The translations under genes were made by a program, and so were the position numbers. A stretch of DNA of 62,992 nt, the filler included, from Sphacelaria rigidula (lineage: Eukaryota), in the NCBI GenBank assembly GCA_964200075.2. It is 5 parts of 5 records of this genome, joined end to end, with 100 filler letters (N's around TTAATTAATTAA, not from the genome) between each part and the next. Parts side by side here need not be neighbours in the genome. Positions count along the whole stretch, not along the records: positions 50,476 to 62,992 come from CAXNAA020003674.1; 4 more parts are not named here. One strand, written 5' to 3'. The notes beneath the pieces were generated by a model, which worked only from the letters and a program-made list of their open reading frames with translations, was not told the DNA's origin and did no database searches. This document shows positions 51,830 through 62,992 of this stretch, piece by piece (within the stretch, counting starts at the first letter, position 1; each line of letters opens with the position of its first letter).

Positions 51830-53948
51830 CAGGCTGGTTCAGGCTCATCACCCAAAAAACACTCATCGGCAAAACCTCACGCCGTTTTAAGGAGTTAGAC
51901 CCTGAAATTCGGCACAGACGTTCTATGAGGCATTACGCAACTTTTGAACGTCAATTTTTTTTCGACTTTTTTACTTCTTCGCCGTTTTTCGGGGGTCCCA
52001 GTATTTTCGGGAAAACATCGATCCAATCGGACCCCCGTAAAACGGTAAAGAAATGAAAACTAGAAAACCGTTCATCAAAAGTTGCATAATAACACATAGC
52101 GCAGTTGTGCAAAATGCAGGGTCCGACTCCTTAAAACGGCGTAAGTTTCTTTCCATTTTGTGCCATGAACTTTGACGTCCCGTGGTGAAACCGCAAACTG
52201 CTTGATTTTAGTACAAGAACGGCGTTTTGGGGCCTTCTTTCGCGTGAACATGAAAATTCAAGTATCAGTCGATCGATTATTGCGACGAAATTTTGTGGGG
52301 CCCTTCCTTGGGTTATGCGGCAACAGCTCGTTCACGAAAGAATGAAAAAAATATGTCGTAGTGCCGGTTTCCCGGGGTCTCAGAATGCAGACTACTTCGG
52401 AAAACGACTTGGATCCCGTCGGACCCCCGGAAAACGGTGAAAAACTCGAAAAGTGAAAAAAAACCTCGCCCATAAAAAGTTGCGTAATGACACATGGCAT
52501 ATTTTTGCAAAGTTTCAGGGTCTAAATCCTAATAACGGCGTGAAGGTTTGCGCGTTTGTGGAGGACGTGGGCTTGAAACGTGCAACTCCTAACTACTTGT
52601 TTTTAGTATGGAAACGTCTTTTTGGGCGAAATTTTTGTCAAGGCAAAAAAAATGTTTGAAGTTTTCGAGTTTCTCCACCAAACTTTGTATACGAGCTGGG
52701 CCAGCTTTAAAGCTACAAAAACGTGCTCACACCACAGCTTCCCCAGCTTCCCGAATGAACCCGATGTAAGCATATCACTGTGAAGTGTAGACCAACCTGG
52801 TGACACACGGCACCGCCGCTAAATGAAGAAAAAAAATGAAAAAAACGTACTGCATAATGTATGGCCTTAACGACGGACGCAAACAAAAAGAGATCATCTG
52901 TCGGGATTCGAACTCATGACCTCCATAGTGGGAGTCTCCCATCACTAGATTTATAGGGGTGCAGCAGCGTCACGGAAAATGTTGAACGCACGGCCCAATC
53001 CGACCACTCTTGAGCTGAAATTTCAGGACCGTCTACACCCAAGGAACTGATACTTCACGTGTCCAGCTGCAGGTTTTCATTTTTTCCCTGGACTTATGAC
53101 ATTATCTTGTTTTTGCTGAAATTTCAAATGCCTGTAACTTCTTTATTTTTATTATTTTATTTGCTGGTCACGTGATCTTTTGCATTTCGATCATACAAGC
53201 TGCTGTCAAAATTTCAGCGTCCAACTCCTAATAACGCGCCGTGCATCGTCTGAGCGAGATTCACGCCTACTCTTGGCTGGCCCAGCTCGTATGTGTTCCC
53301 TGGACTATCCCGGAACGCGTCATTTTGTTATTTTCTTTTGGGGCATTCTGTACCGCCTTGCAGGGGTCTTCATACGGGGATCCCCGGAAGCCGGTAGAGA
53401 ACGGAGAAGCTATGAAATATTGTCAATAATACGATTTTTCCATTTGAAGCATCAATACCTACGGAACTACCAAGTTTGAGGGCGATCTGAGCTTTTCTAC
53501 AACAAATATAGGGGACACCGTCACGAGGCTCCCTGGGTCTTTCGTGCGTATCATGAGTGGAAATTAGACGACGCCAACACCCGACATCACCGAAACATCA
53601 CGGTTCCGGGTATAATTCGATCCCCGTAGTAAGCGTTTTGAAATACTTTTTATTCGTTAGATTCCCGAGCCGATGACGGTTACTACGATTTGACGCATGT
53701 GGAGATTGGGTGAAAATTAGGCTTGGAATTCGTTATTTCATCTCGGAACCATTTGACGAGCGCTGATTGGTCGATATACCTTTCTATCCTTAGCGCTACC
53801 ACTATCGCCTTACACACAAATTCGGCTATGTCACGCTCTTCAGCTCTCTATGGCGGTCAATATGATATCATGTATGCGACTATTGGGTAGGTATTGCGAA
53901 GGCATTTGCTGATGACACAATTTTGGGTGATGAGCGTGAACCAGCCTG
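51830..53948. mobile_element. Non-autonomous Tc1/mariner-like element (~2.1 kb) hosting a nested MITE
   Basis: 28-bp TIR CAGGCTGGTTCAGGCTCATCACCCAAAA / TTTTGGGTGATGAGCGTGAACCAGCCTG (1 mismatch). Flanks GA and TG may be a decayed TA. An internal ~130-bp unit occurs at 51875-52000 (-), 52020-52146 (+) and 52410-52548 (+). Confidence 0.75.
52692..53289. mobile_element. mariner-like MITE, 598 bp, TA TSD, carrying a tRNA-like B box
   Basis: TA|CGAGCTGGGCCAGC ... GCTGGCCCAGCTCG|TA (perfect 14-bp TIR). GGATTCGAACT at 52904-52914. Confidence 0.85.
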
Positions 53949-56900
53949 TGACTCGTATTTTTTATATCCGACAATTACAAGGTTGTCGTTTTCTTTCTGT
54001 TGACGTGAAAAGATAAATACCCTCTGCATCATTCTGGTCCCCGCTGCAGTGACGTACATACATACCCCACATCAGAGGAAGAGTTATATTGTTATTACTA
54101 CGAGTTGTTGACTTAGAATTCTCTATCTTGAGACCGCGGGTCTGAAAAAAAAAAGGAACAGGGGGGGTGGATTCAGTGATGATACGACACGACTTGTGAG
54201 ATCTATCTTCGTCACGACAGACATGGGGAGGGTTCTGTGCACGTCGATACTTGAGTTGAGTGTGCTTGATTCCCCTCAGCAGCGATTGGACTGTGCCGTG
54301 CCTCTCAAAAACCAATCTATTGAATGGTACTCGTGAAGTGCTTTTGTTGTGCCCAAATACCCGAACAGAAATCGGCAGCTGAGCTTGTGTCCATTCTGGC
54401 AACGTCGTTTGGCCTAACTTTTGCAGATGATATGGTAGTATGTATGCCTTGTGGCTACATTCCCCTTGCTACTGTAGCTTACTGGTCGATTCGATGTGTA
54501 CGAGGGTAAGATTAAAAAAATGTGAATACTCCGGAGTAATAGCCAGGCATAGCATCATGTTCGATGCTTTTGTTCTGCGTGCCGTCACTGTACCGCCTAC
54601 TTCTTCCTGTATACATCATATCTGGGAGCCCGTCTCTCCTTTTTGGTGTACCCTTGTCTGCTGGGGATAAATGGGCTGAAAATGTTTCGAAATAGTCTCC
54701 TTGGAAATAACACCCCCCCCGGGCGCCGACGCAAGAAATGAATCGTGGGCTCCGAGAGATGAGTGCATTTCCACCACGCGATATTGTACTGCATTATTAC
54801 TGCTAAGTTCATCCCCACAATGAAGGGTATCTGGAGAACCCTGTTTGTTTGTGTCAACGCACGACCAACGAGGGGAGATGCGGAGGGCGATGTCCATAAC
54901 AGAGCTTCCGCCGGTCGGCGATGCGCTGCGTAACTACGTGACTTTAGCTTGGCTGTTGTGCGATAGGCGGGTATGTGGTACTCGCATGCCCCAGTCATGG
55001 GTTGACTCTGTGCTCCATACCGCACATGCTAGGTGATGAAAGGGTGGGCGGGGGGAACACCTCGTCGTATCGGCATGGAAAAGAACGTGTGGGGTCGGGT
55101 GTACGGTCGGGTTATCAAGAGGAATTTGCAGAGTGAGCGAAAGCGTGTGTATGCGGAGGCATTTGAATTTCGGGAACCACGTGGCTGGCCATAAGATCAG
55201 CCTTGGACATTCCTTTATGGAGCACCCCTGCCGTCCATAGGCCACGCTTGCCTCCCGCTCACGCAGGCTCGACGGCTGCCCCTTACGAGTACCTGGGTCC
55301 TGCCCGATGCCCCACCACAGCAACCACTCACATTAATCCCGAGTGAAACACACAGAGAAAGCATGCCCTATGTGAGGTGTAGGCGACGGTCAATCTAGAC
55401 TCGCACGGGCAAAACTTGTGGCACAAGATGCGGTACCTGGGGGCGACGAACAATACTAACCCGGATAGGTTTCGTTTATCGTGACCGGCTGGTGACTGTC
55501 ATCAACCACCTCGAGACGAGATTGAGTATATCAATCATGCGACGGTGTACGCGACGGCGAACAATGTTGACGGTCATGACTCACGCCGGAGAGAGAACAC
55601 TCCGAGACGGCAATGTGGTCATACTGGAGATGATTCTGCGTCAAGGCGCTGTTGAGGTATGTTCGACACGTCTGGTAGGGTGCTGGGTACATTCAAATGA
55701 ACTCCGCGCGGCAGCCTCTTGCGATACAGCCGAGTAACATGTTCAATTCACGGTCTCCACGAGGTGGAAATACGTCCTGTAATGATGGTCCCGGTTGTTC
55801 TCGTCGCCTGTGACCTCCGCCGACCACCACGACTTATAACAGGTGTGGACGTCTTTACGATCGACTGTCAGCCAATTTTGTGTTGCCTGAAAGCCGTGTC
55901 GTCAGTTGGGGGTCGACTGGTTTTCCTTCGTTCTATCGTGCCTGGCTGCCACTTGCCGGTACACCCGTGCTGTGTTATTTTAGATTTCATGGTTTCCTGC
56001 GCTTTCTACGGTCCCTCTTTCTCCTTTGCTTTTGGTCGTATGCTGGTTGGGAGATTCAAGTTTGGCGGCAGGGCGGGAACGTGCTGGGGTAGGGGCTAGG
56101 GGCTAGGGGCGAGGGCGGGAACTTGGAAGACCATGATCCCTTAAACAAATGTGTGCTCTGTGAAGCCGTGAGTGCTGAATTTGTGTGGCTTCTTTTTTTT
56201 ATGCGCAGTTTCCTGTTGACTCATCAAGCTGGAACGGCTTGAGACGCCGATGTCTCTCAAGGGTTGTAAGGGGGCGGCTGAGGTTTTACTCGATCAGGAC
56301 TCAATTGAAAAGAATATGACAGAGCCGTTGCCAGTCGTACTTGTTCGTGAGATCGTAAATGGTGTCCTCGCGGGAGGAGATGGAGTAGCCGATGCAGCCG
56401 GTCATGAAGTACATCACACGCGTGCTGTAGTTTGTAGTGGTCTTTCGAAATTCGGATGTCATGGTCGGACTTGGGTTTTTCGGTAAGCCAGGGAAAAGGC
56501 GTTCACTCTTGTACATCGCTGGCACAATGCGGGGATGACGACGACAACCTTTTCACTTCAATTTTCAATTTATTTCTGCATCTGACTCGTGACACGTAAT
56601 CCAAGGCTCCACTATACCCTTCAGACATGCGCAACATGCATGTGGGGAGAGTTGAGAAGTGTCAATCGCTTGTTTTCCTCGAGATTCGTCTACACGTCGG
56701 ACATCTGGATATCCGCCACTTTCTTCACTCCGCGGATTGATCCGGATAAGGTTGCCGAAAATCCGAAATCCGCTCTGTTTGAAAAATTCAAACGGAGCAG
56801 CACATCTCTACAAAAATGGGGTGTCCTGACCGAAAGTCACGACAAATGATTTCGGGGGACCGGAAGACGAGAGACTCCAAAAAAAGAATCCGAGAGCTCG

Positions 56901-58178
56901 GCGGGCATGGGGCCGTCCATATGAAAGTAATTTTTGTCATAACTCTAATATAGGCCAAGGAAAGCACTGTTTCGGGGTTGAACCTCATTTTTGTGCACAA
57001 ACTCATTTTCGAGGGAACTCTCTCCGTTGATGTTTGCGTGTATGACTAGGGCAGAAGATATTCGTAACGCCAAGAATAGAAAACACCTGAACGCGGCGAA
57101 ATTACCGCCTGCTCATCTTGGATACCACCTGCGATCTGATGCGCTCTTGCACATTTTTTCACGTGTCCCAACACGCCCCGCCCCGCCAGTTACTTTTTTG
57201 CTGTTTGACTGGTTTGATCTAGTGTTGGATCAACATATTGGAAAATGACACCGTGAATGGTGTAAACATCACCGTATGGCTGAGCTGCTTTGGGACGGGT
57301 ATCCATCGCTGGTTTGTGCGCTGTACTTGGCGGAATTGAGCCAAACTTCGATGAGGATATAGCTTCAAAATATCCTACATCTGTGTATCAGAATCATTGC
57401 GATGATGTGCCATCACAACTTATTTGACTCCGTCGCGTTATATTTTGGCAGGGGGGCGTGATGAAGAACGTGATACTAAATCAGACGTAACACACAGAGT
57501 TGAAAAAAGACGGACACTGCAGGAAACTCTTGTAACGTGCTGAGATCCGTGTCGTGTGTCGATGAGTAGGATTGAGCAGTGCTCCAAAGTCCCTGTGGCG
57601 CGATTGGATAGAATGACATGCGAGCTCGATGATGAGCACGTATGTAGAGGGCAAACACCGCAGACTAGTTATCGCACCTCAGCTCCACAGCGTGCCAGTT
57701 GTGCTTCGTGCATCCGGTCACGAACCCGCAGTGCGTGTTTCCTTGTACACCCACACTCACATCACATAGACATGTGCTTCATCTTTATGTTCTGCTGATG
57801 CACGGGATGAACAGGATGCACGTTGATGCTCCACTGCCAGCCCGGTTCGAGGTTGCCAACCCAGCTCACGCGCAGTGTACTGCAGACACCAGCCCATGGT
57901 ATGCCGAAAGAGCGCCGTCAACGGTCGGTAAAATATGTTGGCATGTTTTTTCGGACTAAGTCAGCATCGCTTCTCAACTACTGTACAATCGCAGGCTCAG
58001 TACACCAACGTCCACACTGCCTGTGTGCAGCTCTGAATGTGAAGCGGCGCAAGCATCTTTCGACCGCTAGTTTGATGACATTGATGCGACAGTAGCAGGC
58101 AGCCGGCGACGCCACTGCCTGTCGCCAATTGTGGTGCGGGCTGATATGAGTTCGGGTTCACTCACGCCTACGGGGTAA

Positions 58179-58367
58179 CCCCTTTTGACCGCGAGGGTAG
58201 GCCACCTGCTGAATCGGCATCAATATTCACTTGAAAAAAGTATGCATGATCCAGATGGCCTACCCGCACATGAGCCGCGAGGGTAGTTCATTTGGATGAT
58301 GTATACTTTTTTCCGATGACATTGATGCCGATGCCACGGATTACCTACTCTCTCCCCATCTCAAGGG
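58179..58367. mobile_element. Short foldback element with piggyBac-like ends
   Basis: GTAA|CCCCTT ... AAGGG|TTAA. The two halves are imperfect inverted repeats (ATCGGCATCAAT..GAAAAAAGTAT.CAT.ATCCA.ATG). A related fragment lies at ~26634-26680. Confidence 0.6.
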
Positions 58368-61300
58368 TTAAATTGTTCATGGTTGACACAATTCTTTGGA
58401 CCTGCAAAACGTCGAACCGTCGGGCAAGGGGGTGCTTGGAGTGATCACCGGAGGCAGAGTCTTGGTGGATAAGGCACAAATTGACTAGCCTGTGGGGCGC
58501 TTCCGACACGGTCAGGCCCCAAAGAATTTGGATCTCATTATCTGCTGTACCCTGCAACCCAGCAAAATAACCATGATATATTTTGTACATGAGTACAGGT
58601 ACCACTCACAAATTCTCCGCACATTAGGCCAAAAACGCCCCAAACCGGTAGGAGGGATGGATGCGGATAGATGGAGCAACGAGCTGGTTTCTCCCGCCGT
58701 GCTCCGTCGATATGCCCACCACTGTCCGTCTCATTGACTCTCCCTCTGCACGCCGGTTTCTCTATTCTGATGAGAAGACGATATATCAGATGTAGCGTTC
58801 ATGCATATACTGTACTGTATGAGATAATATACTGTATATATATGTATATATAACCTGGTATGAGTTACGTGTGAGACTTGCCCAACGACGTACCGACCGT
58901 TCCGATACAGAATTCTCGATGAGATTATTCGTCTTTGCGATGAAGATAAAGTACACGCACAGATAGTGTGCTGATTGTAGTATAGACGCAACACGTTACC
59001 TGTGTTTCGGGGCAAAGAAGGAAATGGCGGTGGCCGCCGCTGCACGATGCGGTGTTGCTGCTTCGCCACTGTCCTAGTTCGTTTCGAATTGCCATCCCAG
59101 CGAATGAAAAGTGCCTCGCCCTTGCATGTATAGTTGAAATGAGATGCCCGCGGGCTATCTTTGATCGGCTGCGCACGAAAATTCACAATGCACATGGTTG
59201 GCGTGACATGATGTCTACCAACACAAAAGAGTTATCATATATACAAAACAGTGGACCTATTAGAGTACAATACAGTAGACCTAGTATTATGGTTTATGTC
59301 GCACCCTTTGGGGCTGCTGATGTTCGAGTTTTTTCTGTGATCGTCAAAATTTCACAACATCCAAAAGATCGCTCTCTTTTCTTTTTTCGTGGTACAACAG
59401 TACGAACGGAACTGCAGCGATCGGTAGAGACGAAACTACGCGCTGTTGTGTGTATTTGACTACACAACAAGCAACATACTGCCGCACTTCGTTAGCATGC
59501 AGGCTGTCGGTCATCACCGTCAACAAAGTAGCGGGCGATCCACACCGGAGGAGAGAATGATTGATTTCGTCGTACATCCATGAGAGATATCAGATTGTGG
59601 GTGATCGGCTTCCTTCCCCCTAATTATCGTTGACTCAAAATACGTGTTGGCGCGGTCCGCGGATAAGAATCAAAGCATCATGTATGTGCATGTTCGGTAA
59701 AAAAACCGCAGGTCGTTCGTTTCTCATCAATCGTTTCCACGTTTCCAACACAAGGACACTGATCGCGGTGGTTGACGCGACACATATTTTGACATATTTT
59801 TGTCAAAACCATGTATGTGTACTCAAGCAAAGCATGCAGTAGATCGTTGCTGCCAGCGCTGCTGCTGCAGCTGCAGCTGCTGCTGCTATTACTACTCTTG
59901 TAAGCAACAAGGGTACATACTCTGTCGTATCTCCCGTCTTGCGTCACTGGCAAAGATAAACGTAATTGAAGTGCGGAGAGTATCAGTTGGTACCCTACAC
60001 CAGAGGCATGAGCGACGATGGCGACGGGAGCGTGTGTCTTGGACGTTCAACGTAATAAGCTCTTTTTTTTTCACCCCGAAAGAAGAGTAAAGAATGACAA
60101 AAGCCCTGACCTCGCCTGTTGGTAGCTGACCCGTAGGAAGAGGCAAACCTGCACAGCTAGTCATGAACGATTTTATCCCCCCCCCCCTCCTCTGCCATTC
60201 CTTCTAGTCTCACCAGCTTCCCCTCGAAATCGTTCTTGCGACCTCACCGTGTCTTTCGAGCTTGACACTCAGCAGTCCTGCTGTGCCCGAGATAGCGACT
60301 GTGCGACTGCAACGCCAGAGATAACACTCATTGCTAACAAGCAAGGGTACGGGAGAGCGAGAGAGAGGGTAGCTGGTTCCATTTACTTGGTTGCGCTGAG
60401 GTGAGAATGGAAGTCAGAGAGAAGAGTCATGAAGGTGCGGATTGGAAACGGGTATACACAGGTGGACGATGTTGAGTGGTATGAACTACTGTATCTACTA
60501 CCGTACATGCTTTGGACGCAGCAACGACAGCAGCAGATATCCTCGAGAGAGCAAAAGCATGAAACTGGGTTGACTTGCTTGGTGTGCCCACGCCGTCGAG
60601 CCCAAAGCATACTCAGAATCAGTGTATCCGTAAGGAGCATGGGTACGGCACATACATCTTCATGACAGCAGCGCGCCTTCAGCTACGGTGTTGCTCAGTT
60701 ACATTGCTTCGGATCTTGTCCGCCGTTTGGTTTCTTTTTCTTGAAAAGAACGGCCCGCGTGTCAAATACGGCTCGTCCACCATCTCAGAAGACAGGATCT
60801 TCCGGGCTGAGTATAACCCTGGACGCGGCCAATAGACGCAGAGATAGCCGTATTCAATTGGCACAGCAGGGCGAGGGGCTGGAAGCCCTTCCGAGGTTGT
60901 GTGGGGGGTGTTTTGGTCAGGGGATCATGCGATCCTTTGCCGTGGCATTTGTACCTCATCCCCGCGCGCGCCCCCCTCCCCCTCCCCCATCCGCCCCCAG
61001 GTCAGCGCGATGCAACGGCTGCGCGCAAGAGGTCCATGAAAGTAGCGCGCTTTCGGTCAACAGTCGTTGTGCGCAGGGCAGAAGGAAAATCACTCAGTTG
61101 TTGAGCGTTCTCCGATCCAAATCCATGCAAGTGGGTGCCTGTCCAGGAACCTAAAAACAAAAATGGTGTTTTCTACTCGATTTCTGCACTCCTGTATGCA
61201 CTAGTAATAGCTCGTCCCCGGCACCGCTGTTACACAGCAATGCTGCTACTTCGGGCGTGAATAACAACCGACATGACACTGTTGCTACTGTAGCCGCGTA

Positions 61301-62364
61301 GATGATTTCGGTAGCCTCCGCGGAACAGGATTTTCTTGGAGATTGACCGTTCACATTTACACAATTATCGGCCGGATTGACCAAAAATACCAACGGCCAC
61401 TAATATCTTGCCGTGCAAACGCGATGTATATGCATACCCCGGAGTATATATACCCTCTAGAGATATCTACATGTACAGCATTCAGACAAACATGCCGCGA
61501 ACTGTCAGCGCCTGTCTCATGCAGTATTGCAAGTCAACATTTGAGTACAGTATCATTCCATGGGCGGGATACGTACACCGTTTACACGTGACGAGATACG
61601 TTGAAGCACAGCACAACAACAGTCGCGACCCCCGCCCGCCCCCGCTGGCACCCCATCCTCAATTGACCGGCTTGACTTGCATGGCTTGCAAAACTCAACA
61701 GGTACCTCGACTCTCCGCCGTCCTTGCTTCCCTCAATGTCGCGAAATTTTTCCTGCAACAGCGGCTATCCATCATGGCTCACAGGGTCGCCGCGAACACT
61801 CTCCATGACGTTCTGCCCGGAAGGAAGAAGGCGTCGGAGGTACTGCGGGGACAGGTAAAGATGTGCATAGTCTGGTTACCGAGAAGCAGGTGGTCGTTGA
61901 AAAAGAGGGTGCTAGGCAGGCAAATACGGGAAGATAATAGCCGGCACGGTTGTGTGGTGGTTCTGATTGTGGCTCGTCAGAGATCGATGTTTTATCGTGT
62001 TTCCGCCGCACAAGGTGTTACGGGACACAGCACCTGGCATATTTTGGCCGTGCAGACTAATGTTTCAAGCTATCTCCGCCACAGCGTACTGTAGATTTCC
62101 GTGAACATGTCACCTTGTGGCCCGTTTGTTTTCACTACAACAGTTTCAAAACCCAGTCAGCAGTAGTCGAGGATTCCCCACGCACTGAACTCAGTACTCG
62201 CAGTAGACGAGGCTGTGCATCGTTAATTCACTTTTTGGTCGTACTGTTGCCCTCCCACCACACCTCCGCCTCCTTCTCAGGGTGAACTCGACGGCTGAAG
62301 AATCAAGCAACCTCACTCCTGGTACTTGTACGGCAGTTCATCATAGAGCATGACATCAGCACCT

Positions 62365-62776
62365 AACACGGGATTTTACAAATTGGGGATGGATTTATTT
62401 TTGAGGATGAAAACCCGGAGGATTAAAATCTTCGTATCCACACCAAACCTTCGGAACATGGTTCTACTTCTTCACTTGCTGGTAGCTATTGACAACTGCT
62501 ACATGCCATACAAATTTGGATTTCGATAACCGAAATGTCGGGCTTCTAGGTGAGAAACCACTTTTGGGGTCCGATCAGATCACCTAAATCCCCCCAAAAG
62601 GATTTCTTGTCTAGGGCCCCGATATTTCGGTTATCGAAATCCAAATTTGTCTGGCGTGTAGCAGTTGTCAATAACTACCAGCAAGTGAAGAAATAGAACC
62701 ATGTTTCGAAGATTTGGTGTAGATACGAAGATTTTGATTATCCAGGTTGTCATCCCCAACTTTCAAATCCCGTGTT
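62365..62776. mobile_element. Foldback (almost fully palindromic) MITE, 412 bp
   Basis: TIR starts AACACGGGATTT. Arms of ~190 bp are highly complementary (e.g. CAAATTTGGATTTCGATAACCGAAAT / ATTTCGGTTATCGAAATCCAAATTTG). Flanked by an ACCT direct repeat (62361-62364, 62777-62780); a TA TSD is an alternative reading. A second copy begins at the contig 2 end (~25090-25140). Confidence 0.85.
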
Positions 62777-62921
62777 ACCTTCCTCAGCCCACACAGTCGT
62801 TCCGTGCAGCCAGCAGCGTTCCCTCGTCCCACGCTACTTGTACGGCCGACAGTCGCGTTGTACTTGAGCACCGCTGGATCCGTCGTGCATCCCCCACACC
62901 TGTGCCGGCGCGTGAACCGCC

Positions 62922-62922
<1 letters not shown>

Positions 62923-62954
<32 letters not shown>
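62923..62954. repeat. Poly-C tract near the contig end (poly-G tracts also at ~24-59)
   Basis: Directly visible. Confidence 0.9.
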
Positions 62955-62956
<2 letters not shown>

Positions 62957-62992
62957 GCACTTCCTCTCCTGCCCCTCCTGCACAGAGCCTGC

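Noticed and set aside
56085..56112. Telomere-like GGGGCTA repeats
   Set aside because: Only ~3 internal units and not the TTAGGG motif.
61408..62094. 228-aa plus-strand ORF
   Set aside because: No recognisable domain or supporting splice structure; probably a chance ORF.
62777..62900. Exon or EsV-1-7-like repeat interrupted by the foldback element
   Set aside because: The reconstructed empty site gives only short frames with stops and no convincing motif.

Overview
Eukaryotic, intron-rich genomic DNA, most consistent with a brown alga (Phaeophyceae, Ectocarpus-like). The basis is an LHC gene with a bipartite AF-type plastid presequence, an Ectocarpus-type ankyrin gene and long repeat-filled introns. 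The window is not one locus. It is five unrelated contigs of 12521, 12519, 12518, 12517 and 12517 bp, apparently sorted by length and joined by artificial N44-TTAATTAATTAA-N44 linkers. Contig 1 (1-12521) holds 7 internal exons of a VPS13-like gene (-) with an embedded atypical FYVE zinc finger, plus intronic hAT-like and Stowaway-like elements. Contig 2 (12622-25140) holds decayed repeats and an intronless ankyrin-repeat gene with a possible C-terminal F-box/PRANC-like motif. Contig 3 (25241-37758) holds a tRNA-derived SINE, a complete 4-exon Lhcr-like gene (-) and, head-to-head with it, the first 3 exons of a secreted-protein gene (+). Contig 4 (37859-50375) holds 7 exons of a GT4/SQD2-like glycosyltransferase (+) and a hAT-like MITE. 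Contig 5 (50476-62992) has no confident gene. It has nested Tc1/mariner-like non-autonomous elements (one carrying a tRNA-like B box), two foldback elements and a possible decayed virus-like segment. All exon models were built by hand from GT/AG sites and phase continuity. I found no unambiguous new biological system. The best leads are the VPS13-FYVE architecture, the ankyrin C-terminal motif and the MITE carrying a Pol III-like unit.
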